A stretch of DNA of 64,000 nt, taken from the NCBI GenBank assembly GCA_002269645.1, contig NIVC01000845.1, positions 1 to 64,000 of the forward strand, in the 5' to 3' direction. Made by a program: the position numbers and the translations under genes. Positions 21,770 to 34,227 of the stretch are shown here, piece by piece. Within the stretch, counting starts at the first letter, position 1. Every line of letters starts with the position of its first letter. The notes below the pieces were generated by a model. The model ran no database searches. It was not told the DNA's origin and worked only from the letters and a program-made list of their open reading frames with translations. This DNA is from Macrostomum lignano (lineage: Eukaryota).

Positions 21770-22282
21770 CCACTCATTCTGTTCACTGCTGTCTCTCCTC
21801 TCATCCTCCTCACTGCTGTCTCTCCTCTCATCCCCACTGCTCTCTCTCCTCTCATCCTCCTCACTGCTGTCTCTCCTCTCATCCCCACTGCTCTCTCTCC
21901 TCTCATCCTCCCCACTGCTGTCTCTCCTCTCATCCTCCCCACTGCTGTCTCTCCTCTCATCCTCCCCACTGCTCTCTCTCCTCTCATCCTCCCCACTGCT
22001 GTCTCTCCTCTCATCCTCCCCACTGCTGTCTCTCCTCTCATCCTCCTCACTGCTGTCTCTCCTCTCATCCTCCCCACTGCTCTCTCTCCTCTCATCCTCC
22101 CCACTGCTGTCTCTCCTCTCATCCTCCCCACTGCTGTCTCTCCTCTCATCCTCCTCACTGCTGTCTCTCCTCTCATCCTCCTCACTGCTGTCTCTCCTCT
22201 CATCCTCCTCACTGCTGTCTCTCCTCTCATCCTCCCCACTGCTGTCTCTCCTCTCATCCTCCCCACTGCTGTCTCTCCTCTC
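21770..22282. repeat. 27-bp minisatellite (CACTGCTGTCTCTCCTCTCATCCTCCC)
   Basis: About 19 copies. Confidence 0.95.
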
Positions 22283-22375
22283 AATCAGCACCGATTAAAA
22301 ATACAGTTTCGCTTATACTGCTCAAAGCTTGGAATGCCTTCGCAAACTGAGTGCTAAGGTTTTACTAAGATATTT

Positions 22376-23290
22376 ACCTCTCCCTCTCCCCTCTCCCTCT
22401 CCCCTCTCCCTCTCCCCTCTCCCTCTCCCTCTCTCCTCTCCCTCTCTCCTCTCCCTCTCCCTTTTCCCTCTCCCTTTTCCCTCTCCCTTCTCCCTCTCCC
22501 TTCTCCCTCTCTCTTCTCCCTCTCTCCTCTCCCTCTCTCCTCTCCCTCTCTCCCCCTCTCTCCTCTCCCTCTCTCCTCTCCCTCTCTCCCCCTCTCTCCT
22601 CTCCCTCTCTCCTCTCCCTCTCCCTCTCCCCTCTCCCTCTCCCTTCTCCCTCTCCCTTCTCCCTCTCCCTTCTCCCTCTCTCTTCTCCCTCTCTCTTCTC
22701 CCTCTCTCCTCTCCCTCTCTCCTCTCCCTCTCTCCCCCTCTCTCCTCTCCCTCTCTCCTCTCCCTCTCCCCCCCTCTCTCCTCTCCCTCTCTCCTCTCCC
22801 TCTCCCTCTCCCCTCTCCCTCTCCCCTCTCCCTCTCTCCTCTCCCTCTCTCCTCTCCCTCTCCCTCTCTCCTCTCCCTCTCTCCTCTCCCTCTCTCCTCT
22901 CCCTCTCTCCTCTCCCTCTCCCTTTTCCCTCTCCCTTCTCCCTCTCCCTTCTCCCTCTCCCTTCTCCCTCTCCCTTCTCCCTCTCCCTTCTCCCTCTCCC
23001 TTCTCCCTCTCTCCTCTCCCTCTCTCCTTTCCCTCTCTCCCCTCCCTCTCCCTCTCTCCTCTCCCTCTCTCCTCTCCCTCTCCCTTCTCCCTCTCTCTTC
23101 TCCATCTCTCCTCTCCCTCTCTCTCCTCTCTCTCTCATCTCCCTCTCTCCTCTCCCTCTCTCTTCTCCCTCTCTCCTCTCCCTCTCTCTCCTCTCTCTCT
23201 CATCTCCCTCTCCCCTCTCCCTCATCTCCTCTCCTCTCTACCCTCTTTCTCTCACAGTTTTCCCCTCTCTCTCTCATTCTCCTTGCATCT
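22376..23290. repeat. ~900-bp almost pure polypyrimidine (C/T) tract
   Basis: (CT)n/(CCT)n mosaic with virtually no purines on the + strand until ~23100. Confidence 0.95.
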
Positions 23291-23872
23291 TCCTTCCGTC
23301 CCCTATCTCTACTTTATATTTCCCATCTCTTTTTGTCTAGAAAAAAATCAAAATCCAAAATCATGCTCAAAAGCATATTCAGTCAGTAGTCACAGATTTT
23401 GGTACTTTTTTACACGTCGACAAACAGAAGACACGCAATAACCCATCACTATCCAAGCCCCATCTCAGCTCAATATGTAGCAAAATTTTGGATTCTGCAC
23501 AGATAAGGCATCGCAACAGCAGGCTGCCTCATCCTCGAGATCCAGTTTCTCCTGCTCTCCGCAAACAATAAATTTCCCAGTTTGTCCTTACGCCCTTCCT
23601 GTTCTTCTCGCACTGTCTGCGGCTCTCCGCAGGAGGAACAACTAGGACAGGCAGAAACCCGAGGAAAAAGAAGTCGATTGGATCGATTGACGAGTTCGTT
23701 CCTGCTGCAGCCAATCAGGCCTGGCCTTCCTATTCATCAGCAGCTTCGATGCACAAAAGCAGGCAATTTCAGCCTCATTATGTACTCGCAGCTCTCTGAC
23801 TCAAAGGCGACTTGAATTCAAACAGTCAGTCGCTTTAAATCAGCAAAATTCTCCAGCTCCACAGGCCCCGCA

Positions 23873-24919
23873 ATGCGCGCAGGCCTGCCTGAAGTCATTG
23901 GGACCGTCCTGCTGCCGTTGCTACTGCTGCTGCTCCTACTCAGAACAACGGCCGCAGCTAGTCCGGACACGTCTCGGACGCTGTCCGAGTCACACCTGCC
24001 TCTGCTGGTGAATGCTACTCGAGCAGAGCGGTTGCGCCAGCTGGCCGGCCCGCTGCTCCGGCCGCGTCCGGTTGGATCAGCCGGACACTCTGCTGTCCGA
24101 GCCGCACTGTCCGAGTTTCTGACCGGTCACCTCGGCTGGACAGTGGCCGAGGATCGATTCTGGGCCGACACGCCGGTCGGCCCGCGCCAGTTCGTCAATC
24201 TGGTGGCCAGCCGCCGGGCGGCAAAGAACTCGTCGTTGAAGCCGAAGGTCCTCGCCCTGGCCGCGCACTTCGACACCGCGGCGACGGTTTCGCCCGACTT
24301 TGTTGGTGCCACTGACTCGGCCGTGCCCTGCGCCATGCTGCTGCTGCTCGCCGAGGCGTTGAACTCGGTGGCTGCTTCGGATGGCAGCCGCTGGGATGTC
24401 CGCCTGGTGTTCTTCGACGGTGAGGAGTCGCTGAGCGGCCAGTGGTCGGCCGAGGACTCGCTGTACGGCTCCCGGCACCTGGCAGCTCGACTGTCGGCCG
24501 AGCTGTCCGAGTTGGTGCTGCTCGACCTCATCGGCGCCGAGTCGCCTCGCTTTGTCTACGCAGAGCCGGCGGTCGGCCCGCCGAGCCTTCAAGAGCGTCG
24601 TCGACTTGCCGACGTCGAGCTAGCCGACTTTGACCGCCTGGTTGCCATGGAGACACGGCTCCGTTCGGCCGGCCTGCTTCCGGAGGCGTCTGCCGCTTTC
24701 TTCCGTTTCGCCGATAACTTCCGGTGGCCGACTGTCGACACCGTCGACGACGATCATGCGCCGTTTCGTCGACTAGGCGTGCCGACGCTGCACCTGGTGC
24801 CGACTCCGTTCCCGAGGGTATGGCACCGCGCCAGCGACACGGGCGCCCGGGTGCACTGGGGCCACTCGGCCGCGGTGGCGCGGATCCTTCTGGGCTGGCT
24901 GGTCGAGAAAATGGCCTGA
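23873..24919 (+). CDS. QPCT: Glutaminyl-peptide cyclotransferase (animal-type QC, M28 fold), intronless, 348 aa with N-terminal signal peptide
   Basis: Motifs LAAHFDT, FVGATDSAVPCAM, FFDGEE, DSLYGSRHLA, LLDLIG, DDHAPF and VWH contain the Zn ligands (Asp, Glu, His) and the catalytic Glu/Asp of QCs. Poly-Leu hydrophobic N-terminus. QPCT versus QPCTL cannot be resolved here. Confidence 0.93.
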   Translation: MRAGLPEVIGTVLLPLLLLLLLLRTTAAASPDTSRTLSESHLPLLVNATRAERLRQLAGPLLRPRPVGSAGHSAVRAALSEFLTGHLGWTVAEDRFWADTPVGPRQFVNLVASRRAAKNSSLKPKVLALAAHFDTAATVSPDFVGATDSAVPCAMLLLLAEALNSVAASDGSRWDVRLVFFDGEESLSGQWSAEDSLYGSRHLAARLSAELSELVLLDLIGAESPRFVYAEPAVGPPSLQERRRLADVELADFDRLVAMETRLRSAGLLPEASAAFFRFADNFRWPTVDTVDDDHAPFRRLGVPTLHLVPTPFPRVWHRASDTGARVHWGHSAAVARILLGWLVEKMA

Positions 24920-25111
24920 AGCAGAGCATCGCATGGCGCCTGAGTGTGGCGCCACGGCAAGACACACGCCATTTTGAGCAGGCAGACTTGCTGATGCTCT
25001 GAAGCGAGAGGACAAACTTGAATAAGCATCTTTTAATCAAGCAAATGAGCGACGCTCAGCTGACGGAGTTCAATTTTTTCACTCTTTTGGGAAAGATTTT
25101 GATTAGATAGA

Positions 25112-25562
25112 TTTGGATGGATAGATGGATGTGTGGGTGGTGGATGTGTGGGTTGATGGATGTGTGGGTTGATGGATGTGTGGGTGGATGGTGTGTGGGT
25201 TGATGGATGTGTATGTGGATGGATGTGTGGGTTGATGGATGTGTATGTGGATGGATGTGTGGGTGGACGGATAGACGTGTGGGTGGATAGATGTGTGGCT
25301 GGATAGATGCGTGGTAGGGTTGATGGATAGATGTGTGGCTGGATAGATGCGTGGGTGGGTTGATGGATAGATGTGTGGCTGGATAAATGTGTGGCTGGAT
25401 AGATGTGTGGCTGGATAAATGTGTGGCTGGATAGATGTGTGGCTGGATAGATGCGTGGTAGGGTTGATGGATAGATGTGTGGCTGGATAGATGCGTGGTA
25501 GGGTTGATGGATAGATGTGTGGCTGGATAAATGTGTGGCTGGATAAATGTGTGGCTGGATAG
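25112..25562. repeat. ~16-bp repeat (GGATAGATGTGTGGCT)
   Basis: Direct inspection. Confidence 0.9.
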
Positions 25563-25854
25563 GTGGCAAATGGATCACAGAGTCTGCACAGCCGCTCAAT
25601 CCCATCATTTTGCTGCTGCCACAACCGGCTCAGTCCAAAGTGTCAAGTGGAGTGTGGCAAGAAATGATGAATTATGAATCAATAATGCGGGGCAGCGGTA
25701 GCTTCTGAGTCAGTTAGAAAATGCTTTAATTATGGTGTCAAATCGTGCGTGCGAATCTTCGCTCCGTTCCGGATTCTGGCGGTTGCGACATTCTCTGAGC
25801 TCTACTCGACAACTGCGGCCCACCAGGCAAGCCGAACGTGCGCTCCAAAATATC

Positions 25855-27290
25855 CCTCTGTCTCACCCCCACTGTCTCAACCCAACTGTCTCACCCCACT
25901 GCCTCACCCCACTGTCTCACCCCCACTGCCTAACCCCCACTGTCTCACCCCAACTGTCTCACCCAATCTCTCTCATCCCAATCTCTCTCACCCCAATCTG
26001 TCTCACCCAATCTGTCTCACCCAATCTGTCTCACCCCCACTGTCTCACCCCAACTGTCTCACCCAATCTCTCTCACCCCAATCTGTCTCAACCAATCTGT
26101 CTCACCCAATCTGTCTCACCCAATCTGTCTCATCCCAATCTGTCTCACCCAATCTGTCTCACCCAATCTGTCTCACCCAATCTGTCTCATCCCAATCTCT
26201 CTCACCCCCACTGTCTCACCCCAACTGTCTCACCCAATCTCTCTCATCCCAATCTCTCTCACCCCAATCTGTCTCAACCAATCTGTCTCACCCAATCTGT
26301 CTCACCCAATCTGTCTCATCCCAATCTGTCTCACCCAATCTGTCTCACCCAATCTGTCTCACCCAATCTGTCTCACCCAATCTGTCTCACCCAATCTGTC
26401 TCATCCCAATCTCTCTCACCCAATCTGTCTCACCCAATCTGTCTCACCCAATCTGTCTCACCCAATCTGTCTCACCCAATCTGTCTCACCCAATCTGTCT
26501 CATCCCAATCTCTCTCACCCCCACTGTCTCACCCCAACTGTCTCACCCAATCTCTCTCATCCCAATCTGTCTCACCCAATCTGTCTCACCCAATCTGTCT
26601 CATCCCAATCTCTCTCACCCTCACTGTCTCACCCCAACTGTCTCACCCAATCTCTCTCATCCCAATCTCTCTCACCCAATCTGTCTCACCCAATCTGTCT
26701 CATCCCAATCTCTCTCACCCCCACTGTCTCACCCCAACTGTCTCACCCAATCTCTCTCATCCCAATCTGTCTCACCCAATCTGTCTCACCCAATCTGTCT
26801 CATCCCAATCTGTCTCACCCAATCTGTCTCACCCAATCTGTCTCACCCCCACTGTCTCACCCCAACTGTTTCACCTCAACTTTCTCACCCCCACTGTCTC
26901 ACCCCAACTGTCTCACCCCACCCCAATCTGTCTCACCTAATCTGTCTCACCCAATCTGTCTCACCCAATCTGTCTCACCCAATCTGTCTCACCCAATCTG
27001 TCTCACCCAACCTATCTCACCCCAATCTGTCTCACCCAATCTGTCTCACCCCAATCTGTCTCACGGTCTCACCCAATCTGTCTCACCCAATCTGTCTCAC
27101 CCCAATCTGTCTCACCCCAATCTGTCTCACCCAATCTGTCTCACCCCAATCTGTCTCACCCCAATCTGTCTCACCCAATCTGTCTCACCCCAATCTGTCT
27201 CACCCCAATCTGTCTCACCCCAATCTGTCTCACCCCAATCTGTCTCACCCCAATCTGTCTCACCCCCACTGTCTCACTCCTATCTCGCTG
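25855..27290. repeat. 14-15-bp minisatellite (CCCAATCTGTCTCA)
   Basis: ~1.4-kb array. Confidence 0.95.
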
Positions 27291-27879
27291 TCACCATCCA
27301 ATCTCTCTCATCTCTTTAACCCAAACCTCTCCGATGTTCATTCCTTTCACATCCCCCGTTAAGTTTATTATCTTCCAGAATCCACCGCGGTGACCGAACG
27401 AACATCGGAGCATGGCAGTCTCACTCTCTTCGTCTCCCAGGGGTCTCAATCAAGTCCATTAGCGAGTGAATGGCTACAGATAAGACAGGCTGACAGACTG
27501 ATACAAAATGGGATCGGCTAAGCTTGTTCAATTTTCTCCCAAGCCACAATCTGTCGGAGTATTTTACCTTACTAATACACTTATCCAGCCCGAAGGTTTC
27601 CCATGGGCTCTGGGAAATCGAGCTGGATGAAATTTCATCTGAAATCGCTTTCCAAAACAGAGCAACTTTAAGAGCTGCTTGCTCTCTTCGAATACCAGAA
27701 AGTACATCTTGCACTTGCATAAATAATCAACCTCGGAGGACATTAGATCGTCTGTTGATATTCTTTAAAAATCCCCGTTAGAAACTTCATGACCAATTTG
27801 TACAAGGTACTCAAAGCTGAATTAAAAAAATCGGTACTCAATGAAAATTAGAGACGAATATTTTCTACATGTACAGTTT

Positions 27880-28740
27880 TGCAAGCTCTACAAGCAACTC
27901 CAAACCTGTACAGACAGCTCCAATCCTGTAAAAGGAACTCCAATCCTGTACAAGAAACTACAATGCTGTCCAAGAGACTCCAACCCTGTACAAGAAAATT
28001 ATAATGCTGTCCAAGGAACTCCGATCCTGTACAAGGATCTCCAACAATGTACAAGAAACTACAATGCTGTACAATAAACTACAATGCTGTACAAGAAACT
28101 ACAATGCTGTACAAGGAACTCCAACCCTGTACAAGAAAATGCAATGCTGTACAAGGAACTCCGATCCTGTACAAGGATCTCCAACAATGTACAAGAAACT
28201 ACAATGCTGTCCAAGGGACTCCAACCCTGTACAAGAAAATACAATGCTGTACAAGGAACTCCAACCCTGTACAAGAAAATACAATGCTGTACAAGGAACT
28301 CCGATCCTGTACAAGGATCTCAAACCATGTACAAGAAACTAAAATGCTGTACAAGGAACTCCGATCCTGTACAAGGATTTCAAACCATGTACAAGAAACG
28401 ACAATGCTGTACAAGAAACTACAATGCTGCACTAAAAACTACAATGCTGTACTAAAAAATACTACAATGCTGTACTATAAACTACAATGCTGTACTAAAA
28501 AATACTACAATGCTGTACTATAAACTACAATGCTGTACTATAAACTACAATGCTGTACTATAAACTACAATGCTGTACTAAAAAAATACTACAATGCTGT
28601 ACTATAAACTACAATGCTGTACTAAAAAATACTACAATGCTGTACTATAAACTACAGTGCTGTACTAAAAAATACTACAATGCTGTACTATAAACTATAA
28701 TGCTGTACTATTAACTAAAATGCTGTACAAGGAACTCCAA
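27880..28740. repeat. ~20-bp two-subunit minisatellite (TGTACAAGGAACTCC../TACAATGCTGTAC..)
   Basis: Alternating subunits that grade into a simpler unit. Confidence 0.9.
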
Positions 28741-29184
28741 TGCTTTTAATGTTTAAAATTACAGCTGACTCTCATCACAATATCTATCTCAATCTATCTC
28801 ACATCTATCTCTCTATCTCACATCTATCTCACTACACCTCACTAAAGAACCTTGAGCTTGTACTCACAAATGTTAAAATGTGAGGGGGCGAACCGGGATG
28901 AAAAGACGATGCTTGCAGCACCTGCTGAGCACTCGCTGTGCCACTCACATGGAGAAGGAATAAAAATAGATTCAGAATAGGAAACGAGGATTCCGATAGC
29001 GGAGTCCGAAGAAAGGGTGGTTGAGAACTTTTAACGGTTGGCAAGAAGTTATAAAGTATAAATATAGGTCAGAGATTAAAAATAAATCTTTGACGGAATG
29101 AGCCTTAAAGTGAACTGTTAGATAAAGTCTGTGAGCTGTTACACGAGAGTCCAAAAGTGAGTTTCTCACTTTCAGCGGTAGTTT

Positions 29185-29943
29185 TAGGGCGATTTTTAGT
29201 GGCAGTTAGTGGTAGCGATATTTCAGCAGCAGTTTTAGGGCGATTTTTCAGTGGTAGTTTTAGGGCGATTTTTCAGTGGTAGTTTTAGGGCGATTTTTCA
29301 GTGGTAGTTTTAGGGCGATTTTTCAGTGGTAGTTTTAGGGCGATTTTCTAGTGGTAGATTTAGGGCGATTTTTCAGTGGTAGTTTTAGGGCGATTTTCTA
29401 GTGGTAGATTTAGGGCGATTTTTCAGTGGTAGTTTTAGGGCGATTTTTTAGTGGTAGATTTAGGGCGATTTTTCAGTGGTAGATTTAGGGCGATTTTTCA
29501 GTGGTAGTTTTAGGGCGATTTTTCAGTGGTAGTTTTAGGGCGATTTTTCAGTGGTAGTTTTAGGGCGATTTTTCAGTGGTAGTTTTAGGGCGATTTTTCA
29601 GTGGTAGTTTTAGGGCGATTTTTCAGTGGTAGTTTTAGGGCGATTTTCTAGTGGTAGATTTAGGGCGATTTTTCAGTGGTAGTTTTAGGGCGATTTTCTA
29701 GTGGTAGATTTAGGGCGATTTTTCAGTGGTAGTTTTAGGGCGATTTTTTAGTGGTAGATTTAGGGCGATTTTTCAGTGGTAGTTTTAGGGCGATTTTTCA
29801 GTGGTAGTTTTAGGGCGATTTTTCAGTGGTAGATTTAGGGCGATTTTTCAGTGGTTGATTTAGGGCGATTTTTCAGTGGTAGATTTAGGGCGATTTTTCA
29901 GTGGTAGATTTAGGGTGATTTTTCAGTGGTAGTTTTAGGGCGA
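29185..29943. repeat. 25-bp minisatellite containing TTTAGGG
   Basis: Unit TTTTAGGGCGATTTTTCAGTGGTAG, ~29 copies. Confidence 0.95.
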
Positions 29944-30414
29944 TTATAGCGCCAGTTTCGCGGACAATTTAGATCAAAGTCCCAACTCAATCATCAAAGG
30001 ACAAAAATTGGTTAAAATTAAAACAGAATTTTCAACTCGAAAGTGTCAGCCCGGTGTTAAAAGTGGCTTCAAGATAAACTCTACCTCCAGCCGGTTATTA
30101 AAATAATTATTACAATCCAAAGTGTATTTGCCGCAAGTTGACAGAGTTCCTTATTAAGAAATGACGAATAACACAAATAATAATGTGCTCTCATAAATGT
30201 GCGCAGTTATTATAGTTAAATCTATCTGCTAAATATCCTTTCTAAGATTATTAAGCAAATAATTAAGCATTAAACCGCGGTGTCAAAAGTACATTAAAAA
30301 GTGCAGCGGTTTAGAATTAAAAAAAATAAACTAGAGACTCGAGTAGTGAAAAAATCCGACTCAGATATTAAATTTGACATTCGATATACAATATTCCATT
30401 TCAATTCTTGCTTC

Positions 30415-31747
30415 CTGCGTCTAGATTAGCAATCCACCTGTTAATCCCTCAGCCTGATGACACCAGTGTCTAGATTAGCAATCCACCTGTTAATCCCTCA
30501 GCCTGATGACACCAGTGTCTAGATTAGCAATCCACCTGTTAATCCCTCAGCCTGATGACACCAGTGTCTAGATTAGCAATCCACCTGTTAATCCCTCAGC
30601 CTGATGACACCAGTGTCTAGATTAGCAATCCACCTGTTAATCCCTCAGCCTGATGACACCAGTGTCTAGATTAGCAATCCACCTGTTAATCCCTCAGCCT
30701 GATGACACCAGTGTCTAGATTAGCAATCCACCTGTTAATCCCCCAGCATGATGACACCAGTGTCTAGATTAGCAATCCACCTGTTAATCCCTCAGCCTGA
30801 TGACACCAGTGTCTAGATTAGCAATCCACCTGTTAATCCCTCAGCCTGATGACACCAGTGTCTAGATTAGCAATCCACCTGTTAATCCCTCAGCCTGATG
30901 ACACCAGTGTCTAGATTAGCAATCCACCTGTTAATCCCCCAGCATGATGACACCAGTGTCTAGATTAGCAATCCACCTGTTATCCCCCAGCCTGATGACA
31001 CCAGTGTCTAGATTAGCAATCCACCTGTTATCCCCCAGCCTGATGACACCAGTGTCTAGATTAGCAATCCACCTGTTATCCCCAGCCTGATGACACCAGT
31101 GTCTAGATTAGCAATCCACCTGTTAATCCCTCAGCCTGATGACACCAGTGTCTAGATTAGCAATCCACCTGTTAATCCCCCAGCATGATGACACCAGTGT
31201 CTAGATTAGCAATCCACCTGTTATCCCCAGCCTGATGACACCAGTGTCTAGATTAGCAATCCACCTGTTAATCCCTCAGCCTGATGACACCAGTGTCTAG
31301 ATTAGCAATCCACCTGTTAATCCCTCAGCCTGATGACACCAGTGTCTAGATTAGCAATCCACCTGTTAATCCCTCAGCCTGATGACACCAGTGTCTAGAT
31401 TAGCAATCCACCTGTTAATCCCTCAGCCTGATGACACCAGTGTCTAGATTAGCAATCCACCTGTTAATCCCTCAGCCTGATGACACCAGTGTCTAGATTA
31501 GCAATCCACCTGTTAATCCCTCAGCCTGATGACACCAGTGTCTAGATTAGCAATCCACCTGTTAATCCCTCAGCCTGATGACACCAGTGTCTAGATTAGC
31601 AATCCACCTGTTAATCCCTCAGCCTGATGACACTAGTGTCTAGATTAGCAATCCACCTGTTAATCCCTCAGCCTGATGACACCAGTGTCTAGATTAGCAA
31701 TCCACCTGTTAATCCCTCAGCCTGATGACAAGTGTCTAGATTAGCAA
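30415..31747. repeat. 49-bp minisatellite, ~27 highly homogeneous copies
   Basis: Unit GTGTCTAGATTAGCAATCCACCTGTTAATCCCTCAGCCTGATGACACCA. Confidence 0.97.
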
Positions 31748-32375
31748 ACCCCGTCAGAGAAAGGTGCAGAGGTTAGTAAACGCACAGCAGTTTAAACTGA
31801 TTTTCAACATTTAATAACTTTTTGCACAAAAAGTTTTGTTCCGAATATTAAGTAACAAAATTTAGGATTTCTACCCATCCGATTCATATCGAGACTGTAA
31901 GATATAACTGACAAGGAAAACAATGTACAAGACAAACAAAACCGTGCAATAACTAATTATTAGAATAAAGCATAAAGAAATCTGCAGAACTGTATTGAAA
32001 TACACAAAGCAGAGATGGACAATAATAACAGCAAAAAACAATAACCTTACGCTAAAATTATTACACGCTTTTTCTTAGCTGAAAAGCGGCAAGAGACTCA
32101 GAACCTATTGCACTACTCACAACAGAATCAATTGTTTTAATCAGTAGTATTTATAGGTTTAGTTGCAATTAATTTTCAGTAATAGATAAAAATTAGAAAA
32201 AAAACCCCTACACAGTGTAATTAACACATCTCAAAGTTCGGGAGGCTTTTCGGTAAACTGTGCAGTCGTCGTTAGGGTAGAGGGGAGCGCGCTTGTTGAA
32301 AGCTGGAAAAATATTCAATCAGTTAAGAATATATATTGTTCCATTCGAAGTAAATTAGTCATTGTCCCAGGCCGC

Positions 32376-34180
32376 TCAAGCGATGCAGTCGCCAGCAGTC
32401 AGTCTGTAGTTGGCAATCTCTGAGATGCCGTGAAAATGAACGAATGCGGCCGCCACCACAAATACGTGGAATATCTGGTGGCTTTGAAACTGAAATTCAC
32501 GGAGAGAGGGGACGTTGTAATATAAAACACTGACTGGCATTTCCCATAGACACTGACTGGCATTTCCCATAGACACTGACTGGCATTTCCCATAGACACT
32601 GACTGGCATTTCCAATAGACACTGACTGGCATTTCCCATAGACACTGACTGGCATTTCCCATAGACACTGACTGGTATTTACAATAGACACTGACTGGCA
32701 TTTCCCAAATCCCAACTCACCCAGAGATCGAATTTCCCGGGAAACAGGCGCTCCGGAAAGCGCACAGCGTAGATTACAGCCCCTGTAATATACAGCAGCG
32801 CCATCAACACCAACCAGCCCATAGAGGCGTGATAAATAGCGCTATAAAATCCCTCCAGGATAACGTAGTGCAGTGCGGGGATCACGCCAGACAAGCCCAG
32901 AGCGATAAACACGCCAGCCCTGAGCGGCCTGTACTGCGGTGCCGCGAACTTGTCAAACATTGACACCACAATAGCCGTGGTGCCGAGCACGCTAATCAGG
33001 CTTAGGTAGATGATCTTAGGCGACAACTGGCAATAGAATGAATAGTATAGCCAGGGCACGAAGCTTCCCATAGTCAGCAGAGCAATTCCGCAGTAGTCCA
33101 GTCTGCAATTTGAAATTAAAAATTTACATATGAGACTACTTATAGTAGATTTCGTACATTTCCGTAATATTTTTTCTGTCGCTCCTCTTATCAACTAAAC
33201 AAACTGTTGGATTCGAACCCGGGACGTTGCTGGTTGATTGTAAGCCCCCTACTGATTAGATTTTATATAAAAAACACTTTCTACAATGTGCTGGTTCGAA
33301 CTCAGGACCTTGATGAATTCTAGAATCCAGTATTAAGATTTTAGCACCAACTTAGCGCCACAGACAGGATTCTAGCGCCAACTTAGCGCCACAGACAGGA
33401 TTCTAGCGCCAACTTAGCGCCACAAACAGGATTCTAGCGCCAACTTAGCGCCACAGACAGGATTCTAGCGCCAACTTAGCGCCACAGACAGGATTCTAGC
33501 GCCAACTTAGCGCCACAGACAGGATTCTAGCGCCAACTTAGCGCCACAGACAGGATTCTAGCGCCAACTTAGCGCCACAGACAGGATTCTAGCGCCAACT
33601 TAGCGCCACAGACAGGATTCTAGTGCCAACTTAGCGCCACAGACAGGATTCTAGCGCCAACTTAGCGCCACAAACAGGATTCTAGCGCCAACTTAGCGCC
33701 ACAGACAGGATTCTAGCGCCAACTTAGCGCCACAGACAGGATTCTAGCGCCAACTTAGCGCCACAGACAGGATTCTAGCGCCAACTTAGCGCCACAGACA
33801 GGATTCTAGCGCCAACTTAGCGCCACAGACAGGATTCTAGTGCCAACTTAGCGCCACAGACAGGATTCTAGCGCCAACTTAGCGCCACAAACAGGATTCT
33901 AGCGCCAACTTAGCGCCAACTTAAAGTTAAACAAAAGCTCGGAAGGTATTCGAACTCAGAACCTCCACAAATACACCAAAACAGACAATACAAACTCACT
34001 TGTTAAACAGGCGGCCAACTCGCTCGGAATGGCAATAAACGGTGTGAAAGATGAATGAGAATCCCATGCATAGTACGGCGCCAAGAAAGAAGGCGGCAAA
34101 GACGACCTTCTCCTGCCATTGGACCTCAATAGACGGCCGAGTGAGAAAGTACACGGCTATGCCGGAGAACGCGATGCAGC
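32376..34180 (-). CDS. ADIPOR: Adiponectin receptor (PAQR family, ADIPOR1/2-like), last three coding exons
   Basis: Exons 34180-34000, 33102-32721, 32489-32376 (TGA) with canonical sites. Peptides QEKVVFAAFFLGAVLCMGFSFIFHTVYCHSERVGRLFNKLDYCGIALL, PWLYYSFYC, FPERLFPGKFDLW|FQSHQIFHVFVVAAAFVH. Zn-site His residues and the KLDY Asp are present. Confidence 0.95.
32527..32707. repeat. 23-bp repeat filling the last ADIPOR intron
   Basis: Unit CACTGACTGGCATTTCCCATAGA, ~8 copies. Confidence 0.95.
33340..33922. repeat. 31-bp minisatellite in an ADIPOR intron
   Basis: Unit GCGCCAACTTAGCGCCACAGACAGGATTCTA, ~18 copies. Confidence 0.95.
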
Positions 34181-34227
34181 CTGCGGTTGTGAAATGCGAA
34201 GTTTCCCAGGTTAGATAAGGTTAAACC

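Noticed and set aside
21691-23441. ORFs of 185-370 aa (poly L/S/P or E/R/G)
   Set aside because: Translation of CT-rich arrays.
25732-27362. Long ORFs of 402 and 537 aa
   Set aside because: Products of a stop-poor 14-15-bp repeat, with no domain content.
29185-29943. True or interstitial telomere
   Set aside because: TTAGGG occurs once per 25-bp unit rather than as tandem hexamers.
30415-31747. CRISPR-like or hammerhead-like 49-bp array (contains CTGATGA)
   Set aside because: The units are contiguous with no unique spacers and no cas genes, in a eukaryotic context. CTGATGA is not followed by a stem II plus GAAA, so there is no hammerhead core.
33205-33312. tRNA genes (GGTTCGAATCC-like B-box on the minus strand; also near 33948)
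   Set aside because: Only T-loop-like fragments with no cloverleaf; at most tRNA-derived SINE relics.
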